The notes beneath the pieces were generated by a model, which saw only the letters and a program-made list of their open reading frames with translations, searched no databases and was not told the origin of the DNA. The translations under genes and the position numbers were made by a program. Source: Bacteroidia bacterium (GTDB lineage: Bacteria > Bacteroidota > Bacteroidia > M30B66). From it: 64,000 nucleotides of DNA. Positions 33,201 through 42,333 of this stretch are shown piece after piece. Numbering within the stretch: the stretch's first letter is position 1; each line of letters opens with the position of its first letter. The stretch spans positions 416,001 through 480,000 of the forward strand of contig OZ257142.1 in the NCBI GenBank assembly GCA_965279035.1, in the 5' to 3' direction.

Positions 33201-36200
33201 ATTACAATCACCGTTCAGTCGCCTCCAACTACTGCTAATGCTGGCTCGGATCAAAGTATTTGTTCTACTTCGGCAACCTTAAATGGAAACTCTCCTTCAA
33301 CAGGAACAGGATTATGGACGGTGATTTCAGGAACTGCCACTTTTGCAAATGCTAGCTTAGCAAATACAACGGTTACAGGATTATCAATCGGAACAAACAT
33401 ACTTCGTTGGACCATCAGCAATGGAGTTTGTAGCGCATCAACAGATGATGTTTCTATCATTGTTGATTCCAATCCTTCAACACCATCGGCAGGCGTCGAC
33501 CAAACCATTTGTTCTACATCAACACAACTTTCAGCAAGTCCAAGCGGAGGAACATGGACTGTTGTAAGTGGAACGGCAAATTTCCAAAGCACATCTTCCC
33601 CAACATCAACTGTAACAGGCTTAGCAACCGGAATAAATATTCTACGCTGGACAATCACATCAGGAACTTGTCCAAGTGCAAGCGACGATGTTTCTATTAC
33701 AGTTCAAAGTCAACCTAGCACTGCATTGGCAGGAAATGACCAAACCATTTGTTCAACTACAGCGACTCTTTCAGGAAATACTCCTACTGTTGGATCTGGA
33801 ATATGGACCGTCGTATCGGGAACAGCCACATTTGCCAATGCTACTTTGCCTTCAACTTCGGTTACTGGATTATCAACTGGAATAAATATCTTACGTTGGA
33901 CAATTAGCAATGGAGTTTGTCCAACATCTTCCGACGATGTTTCAATTAATGTAGATTCAAATCCAACAACCCCATCAGCTGGAATAGATCAAACCATTTG
34001 TTCATCATCTACTCAGCTTTCTGCAAGTCCAGCAACTGGATCATGGACCGTTGTAAGTGGTTCAGCTACATTTCTAAATGCAAGTTTGGCAACATCAACT
34101 GTAACTGGCCTCGCTGCAGGTATTAATGTTTTACGCTGGACTGTCACTTCGGGAACATGCCCCAGTGCATCCGACGATATAACAATCACAGTACAAACAA
34201 CACCAAGCACGGCAGCAGCAGGTACCGATCAAACTATTTGTTCCACTTCTACCACCTTATCTGCAAATTCACCCATCAACGGAACAGGAAGCTGGTCGGT
34301 GATCTCAGGTACTGCAACATTTGCTAACACCACGCTGGCAACAACATCCATTACCGGACTTTCAGTTGGCAACAATGTACTTCGTTGGACTATCAGCAAT
34401 GGTGTTTGTCCAGTATCTACCGATGATGTTACGATTTTAGTTGATGCCAATCCTTCAAGTCCATCGGCAGGAATTGATCAAACTATTTGTACCTCTTCTA
34501 CACAATTGTCGGCTAGTCCAACAGGAGGAATTTGGACAGTGATTAGCGGTGCTGCAACGTTTCAAAATTCAAGTTCGGCAACATCAAACGTTACAGGACT
34601 TTCCAACGGAGTAAACATTCTACGTTGGACTATTACTTCAGGAACTTGTCCAAGCGTATTTGACGAAGTGAGTATCACCGTGCAAACGCTTCCTACAACT
34701 TCTGCTGCAGGAACAGACCAATCCATTTGTTCTACAAACGCCACTTTAGCTGCTAATAATGCAAGCGTGGGCAATGGGATTTGGACTGTTGTAAATGGCT
34801 CAGGAACTTTTGCCAATGCGAATTCTGCAAGTTCAACTGTTTCAGGATTAACGGCAGGAGTGAATACGTTTCGTTGGACAATTAGCAATGGAGTTTGTCC
34901 TGTTTCGAGTGATGATGTTGTGATCACGGTTCAAACAACACCAGCAACGCCCAATGCAGGAGCAGATCAAAGCATCTGTTCTTCTTCAACAAATCTTTCT
35001 GCAACAGCTGTAAGCGGAGCTGTATGGTCTGTTGTAAGCGGAAGCGGAACATTTGCAAATTCATCATTAGCAAACACGCTGGTTACAGGACTTTCCAACG
35101 GGCTCAACGTATTTCGATGGACTGTAAGTGGAGGAACTTGTCCCAATGCAACAGATGATGTTTTTATTGCAGTGGATCAAGCACCAACAGTTTCCAATGC
35201 AGGTGCTAATCAGTCGATTTGCTCAACAGTTACCTTGCTTGCTGCCAATACACCTCTTATTGGAAGTGGCGTTTGGTCAGTTGTTTCCGGTACAGGATCA
35301 TTTTCCAATGCCAATAATCCTCAAGCTTCCGTTTCGGGTCTTTCGGTAGGAAACAATGTGCTTCGCTGGACCATTTCAAATGGAACTTGCACTCCTTCTC
35401 AAAGTACGGTAACCATTACGGTTGATAACAACCCACTATCACCCAATGCAGGTTCCGATCAGATCATTTGTTCTAACTCTACAACGCTCTCTGCAACCGC
35501 AGCATCAGGAGCTTTCTGGTCGGTAATTAGCGGATCAGGAACAATTCAAAATACCTCAAACGCATCAACATCTGTTTCGGGATTATCCAATGGTGCTAAT
35601 GTATTTCGCTGGACTATTCCAGGTGCTTCTTGTGGAAACGTTTCTGATGATGTTACCATTGTTGTTCAATCTCCGCCATCAACTTCTGCCGCTGGTCAAG
35701 ATCAAACCATCTGTTCAACATCAACAAGTTTAGCTGCCAATAATCCAATAACAGGAAACGGCACATGGACAGTGATAAGCGGTTCTGCAACATTCTCCAA
35801 TGCGAATTCTCCAACAACAACAGTATCTGGTCTATCAACAGGAGTTAATGTTTTACGATGGTCTATAAGCAATGGAGTTTGTACAGCATCTACCGACGAT
35901 GTTACTATTATTGTTACAGCCTCACCGGCAACACCCTCTGCGGGTTCAGATCAAACTATTTGTTCTTCAACAACCAATGTTACTGCTAGTCCAGCTGTAG
36001 GAACTTGGTCGCTTATAAGCGGTTCCGGGATTATTTCAAATCCAACTTCCGCATCAACTAGCATTACTGGTTTAACAGCTGGCACAAGCATCTTCCGTTG
36101 GACTATTGATGGTGGAACTTGTCCAGATGTTTCGGATGATGTTTCCATCACCATTCAAGCATTACCGACCACATCAAATGCCGGCTCTGATCAATCGATT

Positions 36201-39200
36201 TGTTCAACATCTGCAAGCCTTTCGGGCAATTCACCTCTTTCTGGATCAGGTACTTGGACAGTCGTTTCAGGTAGTGGAACTTTTGCCAACGCAACACTCT
36301 TTAACACTACTGTTTCGGGCTTGTTTACTGGAACTAATGTGTTTCGTTGGACCATCAGCAATGGAGTTTGTCCCGTTTCGTTTGATGATGTTTCCATTAT
36401 TGTTGATGCCAATCCTGTGAATCCATCTGCAGGTTCTGATCAAACCATCTGTTCTTCAACAACACAACTTTCGGCTAGTCCAAATGGTGGAACGTGGTCT
36501 CTGGTAAGTGGTACAGCAACTTTCCAAAATAGCACTTCAGCTACAAGCACCGTTACAGGTTTACAAACGGGAACTAATGTGTTGAGGTGGACGGTAAGTT
36601 CTGGTTCATGTCCATCCGTTTCGGATGATGTTACGATAACAGTTCAACAAACTCCTACTACTGCAAATGCTGGAATAGATCAAACCATTTGTACTTCATC
36701 AACTACACTCAATGCGAATGTCCCAAGCGTCGGAACGGGTGTTTGGTCGGTTGTTTCGGGCGCTGCCACTTTTGTAAATGCTACCTCTGCTTCAACGGCC
36801 ATTTCAGGATTGTCTTCAGGCTTAACAATTCTTCGATGGACTATTAGCAATGGTGTTTGTGCGTCTTCTTCGGATGATGTTTCGATTCTTGTTGAAACCG
36901 GCCCGGGGACAGCCTTTGCCGGTGCTGATCAATCGGTTTGTTCATCAACGGTTACCTTAGCAGCCACTCCTGCAACAGGTGGTTTATGGAGCTTGATTTC
37001 TGGTTCTGGAACTATAGCGAATGCAAGTCTTGCCAATACTGTCGTTACTGGATTGACTGTTGGAACCAGCGTTTTTCGTTGGACAGTAAGCTCCGGATCT
37101 TGTGCTTCTGTTTCAGATGAAGTGAGCATCATGGTTAACAATCCTCCTAGCGCTTCCAATGCAGGAATTGACCAAACCATTTGTCTCACATCTGCTGCAC
37201 TTTCTGCAAATGTACCTAGTACAGGAACCGGTGTTTGGTCGGTTATCTCCGGTTCTGGATTTTTTGCCAATGCAAACCTCCCTAACACGAGCATTTCGGG
37301 GCTATCTGTTGGAGTGAATGTTTTACGATGGACCATTAGCAATAGCAATTGTACTCCATCAACCGATGAAGTTTCCATTACAGTTCTTCAAGCCCCTAGC
37401 AATGTTCAAGCGGGAGTAGATCAAGTAATTTGTGGAACAGTTGCAACGCTTTCGGCTACTGCGCCAGCTCAAGGGTCTGGTCATTGGACTGTCGTTTCGG
37501 GTGCAGGTGTCTTTGCTAATGCCAATGCTGCGAGCACCTCAGTAACAGGGATTTCATCTGGTACAAATGTTTATCGATGGACAGTAAGTAATGGATCTTG
37601 TGCTACTGCTTCAGATGAAATAACCATTCTATCTTCTGCTTTACCAACTACGTCTAATGCTGGTTCCGACCAAACTATTTGCTCCAACACGGCAACCATC
37701 CAAGGAAATTTTGCAACGGTTGGCACTGGTGCTTGGTCGGTTATTTCGGGTGGAGGCATTATCCAAAACAACAGCTTGCCGCAAACAACTGTAACGAATT
37801 TGCAAACTGGAATCAATGTTTTCCGTTGGACAATTAGCAATGGAACATGCTCACCTTCGACCGATGATGTTACCATAAATGTAATCGCTCCAGTTGTTTC
37901 GAATGCGGGAGCAGATCAAGATATTTGTAGCACATCGGCTACGTTTCAAGCAGTTTTGCCTTCCGGAACAACTGGTTTATGGAATGTAGTTTCTGGTTCG
38001 GGAATTATTCAAACGCCTAGTTCTCCAACATCACAAATCAGCAATTTAGGCATCGGCGCCAATGTGTTTCAATGGAATGTTAATAATGGTGTTTGTCCTT
38101 CTGCAACATCAACAGTTACTATTACACGATTTGCAGACCCTTCGGATGCTAATGCCGGCACCGACTTTCAAACTTGTGCTAATTCAGCAAACCTATCAGC
38201 CAACATACCATCTATCGGAACGGGTTTTTGGTCAGTCGTTTCGGGTTCGGGAACGTTTTCAAACCCTACTTTAGCAACTAGCGCAGTAACGGGCTTAACT
38301 GCTGGAATCAATCAATTTGAATGGGCTATTTCAAATGGTCCTTGCGGAATTAAACGCGACACCATTGCTGTGACAGTTGATCAAAATCCAACCTCCGCTT
38401 TTGCAGGAAGTGATCAACAGCTTTGTGCTTCAACTGCAACATGCACGGCTACAGCACCAAGTTCTGGAACTGGATTATGGACCTTAATATCGGGTGTTGG
38501 AACCATTGCAAATCCTACATTGGCAAATACTAGTTTGAGCAATCTTGGCGCAGGAAACAATGTTTTTCGATGGACAATTTCCAATGGAACCTGTGTTACG
38601 TTTGATGAAGTTACCATTACCCGATTTTTACCACCAAGCACTGCCATTGCAGGAACAAATCTCATCATCTGTTCATCATCCGCTAGCTTAAGCGCAAATA
38701 TTCCAGTCGTTGGAACAGGTATTTGGACTGTACTTTCTGGATCAGGAACTTTTGCACAAGCAAGTTCAGCTACAACAACAGTTAATAATCTGGGAGCTGG
38801 TGCAAACGTGCTTTCATGGACAATTAGTAATGGTGTTTGTCCTGCTTCTTCCGATCAGGTAACCATCGATCAACAACAAGCACCAACACCTGCTGCAGCT
38901 GGCAACGATCAAGAAATTTGTGCTTCAACGGCTGTTTTAAACGCCAATCTTCCAATCATTGGCAATGGTGTTTGGTCTTTATTAAGTGGTTCAGGAACAC
39001 TCGAAGATGCTCTTTCTCCTACAAGCACTATTTCTGGTCTTGGTGCTGGGGAAAATGTGTTTCAATGGTCAACATTGAATGGACTTTGTCCAGCCTCAAC
39101 CGATCAAGTAATCATTACACGTGATGTTGCTCCATCTGCTGCTTTTGCTGGAATTGATATTTCAACCTGTTCAAATGCTGCAACACTCAGTGCTCAAATT

Positions 39201-40919
39201 CCTACGATTGGTACAGGTGTTTGGACAATCTTAACAGGAAGTGGAAATCTTTCATCCTCAACTTCTCCGGATGCCAATATTTCGAATCTTTTAATCGGTG
39301 AAACTCAATTGCAATGGGCTGTTAGCAATGGTGTTTGTCCAACTTCATTCGATTCAATTAGCATCACAGCGTTTGCATCTCCCGCCCAGGCGTATGCAGG
39401 CATCGATGAAACAATCTGTTCCGATAGTATTTTTCTTGTTGGAAACACTTCTGTAGGAAGTAATTATTCTTGGGAAATGCTGGTTGGGCAAGCGGATTTC
39501 GAAGATTCAAGTTCTGTTCAAACTGCAATCATCAACATTGCTCCTGGAAATAATCTCATACGATATTCTATATCAAATGGCCCATGCAGCACTGCTGACT
39601 CTATTCAGATTTTCCGTTACGAATTGCCATCTCCTGCAAATGCTGGAACGGATAGTGTTTTCTGTTCCGATCAATTTTTAACACAAGCAACAATACCTCT
39701 CGTTGGTCAAGGAACTTGGACTTCTCTTTCCGGGGAAATTGTTTTTTCAGATTCTAGCTTAGCTCAAACAAGCATCTCTGGACTTGTTGAAGGAACAAAT
39801 ACGCTGGTTTGGTTGGTCGAAAATGGTGCTTGTCCTTCGAATGCAGACACGGTAAATTTGATGCGCGATGTGCCCTCAGAAATAGCTTCTGCCATGGCAG
39901 ATACAAACGTTTGTGTTGCGAATTTGCAAATACAGGCTCTGGCTCCAATTAATGCAATAGGCCATTGGGAACTGATTTCGGGCGATGCTCAAATCGTAGA
40001 TTCTACTTTAGCTCAAACCGAAATTGGCATGTCGGCCGAAGGCGAAAACATGCTCGTTTGGACACTTAGCGAAGGATCTTGTCGTAGCTCAGACTCTGTT
40101 TTAATATCGTTCAACTATGATCCTTTTCCACTGTTTGCAGGAGAAGATCAATCGGTTTGTGGACTCATTACCAACCTAGAAGCCCTCGATTCAGGAATTG
40201 GAGTTGGGCAATGGTCGCTTCTTTTATCCGATGGAACTTTATCCGATCCAAACGACCCCAATTCAACGTTTTCTGTAGATTATGCAGCTCAGAGACATGT
40301 AATTTGGACGGTAGTAAATGGATTCTGTTCTGCGAGCGATACGGTAAATATCAATTTTCTTGATTTCCCTATTTCTGATGCAGGTCCCGATTTGATTGGT
40401 TGTTTAGGAGATACAACAGCACTTCAAGCAGTTATCCCTGATTTTGGAGTTGGAACATGGACGGTCTTAACTCCTGGCGGAAATGTGTTCGAGCCTGGTT
40501 TTCAAAACAGCAATTTTACAGCTTCGGAGCAAGGAAATTATTATGTCCGATGGACGGTTGTGAATGATGTATGTAGAGATTCTTCCTATACTGTAGTAAC
40601 AGTGTATGGTCCAGATGATCCTGAATGTAAAGGTCCTGATGTTGTATTCATTCCGGAAGGTTTTTCTCCAAACAATGATGGTGTTTTAGACAAATTTGTC
40701 ATTGTAAAACCTCAAACTAAACGAGCATCTTTAGAGGTTTTTGATCGTTACGGAATATTAGTTTATAGTAATTCTGACTATCAAAACGATTGGGACGGAA
40801 CAGCTCAAAACGGAACCATTCTACAAGGAACTCAACTTCCTGAAAGCACGTATTATTACCTATTGAAAGTGGATGGGGAAACAGAAACTCGGAAAGGATA
40901 TTTCACTTTGTGGCGTTAA
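27252..40919 (+). CDS. Giant T9SS type-B cargo made almost entirely of about 54 Cys-paired Ser/Thr-rich Ig/PKD-like repeats
   Basis: Signal peptide, then repeats from about residue 28; C-terminal VFIPEGFSPNNDG..D...VFDRYG..VY...YQNDWDG...TYYY type-B CTD. Confidence 0.92.
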   Translation: MKVWSKFVFSLIVGMISFSMPLLAGGEIANAGSDQVICTNSVTLAGNAPVIYTGLWTVVTGTGSFSDANDPSTSVSNLDIGETILVWEFYQVDVLISSDTVKITVQEPPIASAGIDQTICSSSANLDAVPATNGSWALMSGAGTLADNTLANTAVSDLAVGENVFRWTVPGGACADAFDEVSVFQDSPPTSSVAGSDQTICSTSTTLDANFALVGGGQWIVITGTGNFTFDADPQTVVSGLSTGINTFRWTISNGVCASSTDDVNITVQSPPTTPNAGTDQTICSSSAILDAVPATNGSWALMSGAGTLADNTLASTAVSNLILGENVFRWTVPGGACADAFDEVSIFQDAPPTNSSAGSDQTICSTSTTLDANFAFVGGGQWSVIAGTGNFTFDADPQTFVSGLSTGINTFRWTISNGVCAASTDDVNITVQSPPTTPNAGTDQTICSSSTTLNATAASGGSWTLISGSGTLANASSATSSVSGLSTGVNVIRWTVPGGTCSDVFDEVSITVDAPPTSSAAGSDQSICSTTATLSGNTPSSGTGLWSVITGTALFNNATSPSTSVSGLSVGINVLRWTISNGTCTPSSDDITITVDNNPASPNAGIDQTLCASSTNLAATPATGGAWTLVSGSGTIANASSATSGVTGLSNGVNVFRWTIPGGACGNVSDDVSITVDQSPTTSQAGSDQTICTTSTTLNANTALVGTGQWSIITGSGTFVSNSNPLTAVSGLSTGLNTFRWTISNGVCTASTDDVSITVQSPPSTPNAGTDQTICSSSATLNATAASGGHWTVISGSGNFSNANLANTNVTGLSNGANVFRWTVSSGVCADVSDDVTITVDTPPTSSSAGSDQSICSTTATLSGNTPSSGTGLWSVITGTALFNNATNPSTSVSGLSVGVNVLRWTISNGTCTPSSDDVTITVDNNPLSPNAGSDQQLCASSTSLAATPATGGAWTLVSGSGTLANASSATSGITGLSNGVNVFRWTIPGGACGDVFDEVSITVYAAPTSSSAGSDQSICSTTATLSGNTPSSGTGLWSVITGTALFNNATSPSTSVSGLSIGVNVLRWTISNGTCAPSSDDITITVDNNPASPNAGIDQTLCASSTNLAATPATGGAWTLVSGSGTIANATSATSGVTGLSNGVNVFRWTIPGGACGNVSDDLSITVYAAPTSSSAGSDQSICSTTATLSGNTPSSGTGLWSVITGTALFNNATNPSTSVSGLSVGVNVLRWTISNGTCTPSSDDITITVDNNPVSPNAGIDQTLCASSTNLAATPATGGAWTLLSGSGTLANASSANSSVTGLSVGVNVFRWTIPGGACGNVSDDVSITVDQSPTSSQAGLDQTICATSTTLGANTALIGTGQWSVISGSGTFVSNSNPLTAISGLSNGINTFRWTISNGVCTSSTDDVSITVQTPPTTPNAGTDQAICSSSATLNATAASGGHWTIISGSGNFSNSNLANTNVTGLSNGANVFRWTVSSGVCADVSDDVTITVDTPPTSSSAGSDQSICSTTATLSGNTPSSGTGLWSVITGTALFNNATNPSTSVSGLSVGVNVLRWTISNGTCTPSSDDVTITVDNNPLSPNAGSDQQLCASSTSLAATPATGGAWTLVSGSGTLANASSATSGVTGLSNGVSVFRWTIPGGACGNVSDEVSITVDSPPSTSNAGIDQSICSTVATLAANTPSSGTGLWTVVSGSGLFANANSPSTSVSGLSVGVNVLRWTISNGTCSASTDVVSITVDNNPVSPNAGPDQTLCASTTTLAATASSGGSWTLISGTGTIQNATSATSSVSGLSIGTNVFRWTIPGGACGNVSDDVSILVQAPPSVSVAGSDQVICTSFTSMAATAPTIGTGAWSVVSGSGLFGNANSATSSVTGLSSGNNVFRWTISNGVCSTSSDDVTITVSTSPATPNAGSDQTLCASSSTLSASPSGGIWTVVSGTATFQNASSATSSVSGLSTGINVLRWTIDGGACADVSDDITITVQSPPTTANAGSDQSICSTSATLNGNSPSTGTGLWTVISGTATFANASLANTTVTGLSIGTNILRWTISNGVCSASTDDVSIIVDSNPSTPSAGVDQTICSTSTQLSASPSGGTWTVVSGTANFQSTSSPTSTVTGLATGINILRWTITSGTCPSASDDVSITVQSQPSTALAGNDQTICSTTATLSGNTPTVGSGIWTVVSGTATFANATLPSTSVTGLSTGINILRWTISNGVCPTSSDDVSINVDSNPTTPSAGIDQTICSSSTQLSASPATGSWTVVSGSATFLNASLATSTVTGLAAGINVLRWTVTSGTCPSASDDITITVQTTPSTAAAGTDQTICSTSTTLSANSPINGTGSWSVISGTATFANTTLATTSITGLSVGNNVLRWTISNGVCPVSTDDVTILVDANPSSPSAGIDQTICTSSTQLSASPTGGIWTVISGAATFQNSSSATSNVTGLSNGVNILRWTITSGTCPSVFDEVSITVQTLPTTSAAGTDQSICSTNATLAANNASVGNGIWTVVNGSGTFANANSASSTVSGLTAGVNTFRWTISNGVCPVSSDDVVITVQTTPATPNAGADQSICSSSTNLSATAVSGAVWSVVSGSGTFANSSLANTLVTGLSNGLNVFRWTVSGGTCPNATDDVFIAVDQAPTVSNAGANQSICSTVTLLAANTPLIGSGVWSVVSGTGSFSNANNPQASVSGLSVGNNVLRWTISNGTCTPSQSTVTITVDNNPLSPNAGSDQIICSNSTTLSATAASGAFWSVISGSGTIQNTSNASTSVSGLSNGANVFRWTIPGASCGNVSDDVTIVVQSPPSTSAAGQDQTICSTSTSLAANNPITGNGTWTVISGSATFSNANSPTTTVSGLSTGVNVLRWSISNGVCTASTDDVTIIVTASPATPSAGSDQTICSSTTNVTASPAVGTWSLISGSGIISNPTSASTSITGLTAGTSIFRWTIDGGTCPDVSDDVSITIQALPTTSNAGSDQSICSTSASLSGNSPLSGSGTWTVVSGSGTFANATLFNTTVSGLFTGTNVFRWTISNGVCPVSFDDVSIIVDANPVNPSAGSDQTICSSTTQLSASPNGGTWSLVSGTATFQNSTSATSTVTGLQTGTNVLRWTVSSGSCPSVSDDVTITVQQTPTTANAGIDQTICTSSTTLNANVPSVGTGVWSVVSGAATFVNATSASTAISGLSSGLTILRWTISNGVCASSSDDVSILVETGPGTAFAGADQSVCSSTVTLAATPATGGLWSLISGSGTIANASLANTVVTGLTVGTSVFRWTVSSGSCASVSDEVSIMVNNPPSASNAGIDQTICLTSAALSANVPSTGTGVWSVISGSGFFANANLPNTSISGLSVGVNVLRWTISNSNCTPSTDEVSITVLQAPSNVQAGVDQVICGTVATLSATAPAQGSGHWTVVSGAGVFANANAASTSVTGISSGTNVYRWTVSNGSCATASDEITILSSALPTTSNAGSDQTICSNTATIQGNFATVGTGAWSVISGGGIIQNNSLPQTTVTNLQTGINVFRWTISNGTCSPSTDDVTINVIAPVVSNAGADQDICSTSATFQAVLPSGTTGLWNVVSGSGIIQTPSSPTSQISNLGIGANVFQWNVNNGVCPSATSTVTITRFADPSDANAGTDFQTCANSANLSANIPSIGTGFWSVVSGSGTFSNPTLATSAVTGLTAGINQFEWAISNGPCGIKRDTIAVTVDQNPTSAFAGSDQQLCASTATCTATAPSSGTGLWTLISGVGTIANPTLANTSLSNLGAGNNVFRWTISNGTCVTFDEVTITRFLPPSTAIAGTNLIICSSSASLSANIPVVGTGIWTVLSGSGTFAQASSATTTVNNLGAGANVLSWTISNGVCPASSDQVTIDQQQAPTPAAAGNDQEICASTAVLNANLPIIGNGVWSLLSGSGTLEDALSPTSTISGLGAGENVFQWSTLNGLCPASTDQVIITRDVAPSAAFAGIDISTCSNAATLSAQIPTIGTGVWTILTGSGNLSSSTSPDANISNLLIGETQLQWAVSNGVCPTSFDSISITAFASPAQAYAGIDETICSDSIFLVGNTSVGSNYSWEMLVGQADFEDSSSVQTAIINIAPGNNLIRYSISNGPCSTADSIQIFRYELPSPANAGTDSVFCSDQFLTQATIPLVGQGTWTSLSGEIVFSDSSLAQTSISGLVEGTNTLVWLVENGACPSNADTVNLMRDVPSEIASAMADTNVCVANLQIQALAPINAIGHWELISGDAQIVDSTLAQTEIGMSAEGENMLVWTLSEGSCRSSDSVLISFNYDPFPLFAGEDQSVCGLITNLEALDSGIGVGQWSLLLSDGTLSDPNDPNSTFSVDYAAQRHVIWTVVNGFCSASDTVNINFLDFPISDAGPDLIGCLGDTTALQAVIPDFGVGTWTVLTPGGNVFEPGFQNSNFTASEQGNYYVRWTVVNDVCRDSSYTVVTVYGPDDPECKGPDVVFIPEGFSPNNDGVLDKFVIVKPQTKRASLEVFDRYGILVYSNSDYQNDWDGTAQNGTILQGTQLPESTYYYLLKVDGETETRKGYFTLWR
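27597..32300 (+). repeat. Near-identical intragenic tandem duplications with a 492-nt period (164 aa) and a 1968-nt higher-order copy
   Basis: Matching DNA blocks start at 27601/28093 and 30261/30753 (offset 492) and at 29761/31729 (offset 1968 = 4 x 492); right boundary approximate. Confidence 0.88.
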
Positions 40920-42304
40920 CGATTTAAAGTATTTACAATCTCGAAATACGCTTGACCTTTTTTAGCATTTATTCGGATTGTATCGCATCTCGTTTTCCCG
41001 CCAATGGCAGCCGTAGCATTAAATAATACTTCATTTTTCCCCGGCTCTAGAGGAATGCGAGTGTATGAAATCTGATTGGGTAAAGTTTGCCAGTTTCGAG
41101 TATCTGCTTGTTCTGTAATCGCATTTGCAATACTTAAAACGGTTCCAGCGTCTTTGTTTTCCTTTCTCAATGCGGCTTCAGCTGCTTTCTTAACAGCAAA
41201 ACGAATCAAAGCATTTCCCATTTCACGTGCAAAACGGTCGTTTAAACTTTTAAAGGCAATAGCATCAATATTCTCGGCTATTTCGAATGGATAAGTCTTT
41301 CCTCCAATTTGAGCATTGGCTGAGCGATAGAGCATTGGCCGATGAACATAACGCGGGAACGCAATGCGATACACACTTAATTGTGTTAAATTCTTGGCAT
41401 CTTCTTGACTCACACTATTTACAGGAAAAGGAAAACTATAGCCTAAAGCAGGATTCATAAATACAAACTGATCGCCTTGTTTCACTAAGTTAAAATCGAT
41501 CGACCACTGTTCTTTATATGGACCTAATCCATTATTCCAGAAAAGAATAAGTTCTGTTTTATTGGCCTTGGGAATGGTATCGGTTGATGAATAGCCAAAC
41601 TTTTTACGATAGAGTTCTTCTTCATTTCGAAAGCCATTTGCAGCTGCTGTTCTAAGAAGATCTTTTTTTAACTGTTCCGGAATCTGCATTTCGAAGAAGG
41701 AAGTATAATCGCCAGCATAAATATCATAGGCATTTCGGTATGCGATAAAGGCATTATTCATATCGCCACTTCCTTCGTATATCAATCCCATCAATAGATG
41801 CGCGAAAGCGTCTTCTTTGTATTTGGGTTTGCTTTTTAGCTTTTCAGCCATTGTAATTAGCGACAGATTCATTCTGCGACACTCAACCAAAGCGCCTTCA
41901 AAATCACGTTGTTTGAGGTAGTTCATCGCATTGAAATAATGCAACATCACCACTTCAAAATCTTCCGCTTTATAAGGTTTTACTCCTGGATTGACAATAA
42001 TTGATAACGCTTCATATCCGAGTGTTTTCCGATAATCTTCCATCAGGAAATCGGCTTCTTGAAAATATTGACTGCTCTCTTTGTATTTCCCTTGAGCAAA
42101 ATCAACATAGCCTAATTCAAGCAAGTACAAGAGTTTGTGCTTTTTCTTTTTACCCTTTTTAGATGATGTTAATTTAGATTCTGCTTCAGCATATTTCTCA
42201 GCATTGACTAAGGATAAAAAACGCTCGTGCCGCACATAATATGGGGCACAAGCGTTTAAAATAAATAGAAAAAATAGAATACTGCTAAGGCGTAAAAGAC
42301 GCAT
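40916..42304 (-). CDS. COG3014-like TPR lipoprotein
   Basis: Lipobox LNAC; Y...DFE..MLHYF.AMNYL, ALVECRR, ADTRNWQTLP motifs; next to lpoB-like gene. Confidence 0.8.
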   Translation of the reverse strand: MRLLRLSSILFFLFILNACAPYYVRHERFLSLVNAEKYAEAESKLTSSKKGKKKKHKLLYLLELGYVDFAQGKYKESSQYFQEADFLMEDYRKTLGYEALSIIVNPGVKPYKAEDFEVVMLHYFNAMNYLKQRDFEGALVECRRMNLSLITMAEKLKSKPKYKEDAFAHLLMGLIYEGSGDMNNAFIAYRNAYDIYAGDYTSFFEMQIPEQLKKDLLRTAAANGFRNEEELYRKKFGYSSTDTIPKANKTELILFWNNGLGPYKEQWSIDFNLVKQGDQFVFMNPALGYSFPFPVNSVSQEDAKNLTQLSVYRIAFPRYVHRPMLYRSANAQIGGKTYPFEIAENIDAIAFKSLNDRFAREMGNALIRFAVKKAAEAALRKENKDAGTVLSIANAITEQADTRNWQTLPNQISYTRIPLEPGKNEVLFNATAAIGGKTRCDTIRINAKKGQAYFEIVNTLNR

Positions 42305-42333
42305 GCTTAAAGCGAAATAGGAAATGAAAAGGC

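Noticed and set aside
28091-38668. Many repetitive minus-strand ORFs (up to 305 aa) inside the 4555-aa gene, and similar ones in the 3010-aa gene
   Set aside because: Shadow frames: Ser/Thr/Gly/Val codons give few antisense stops, and the ORFs simply mirror the sense repeats
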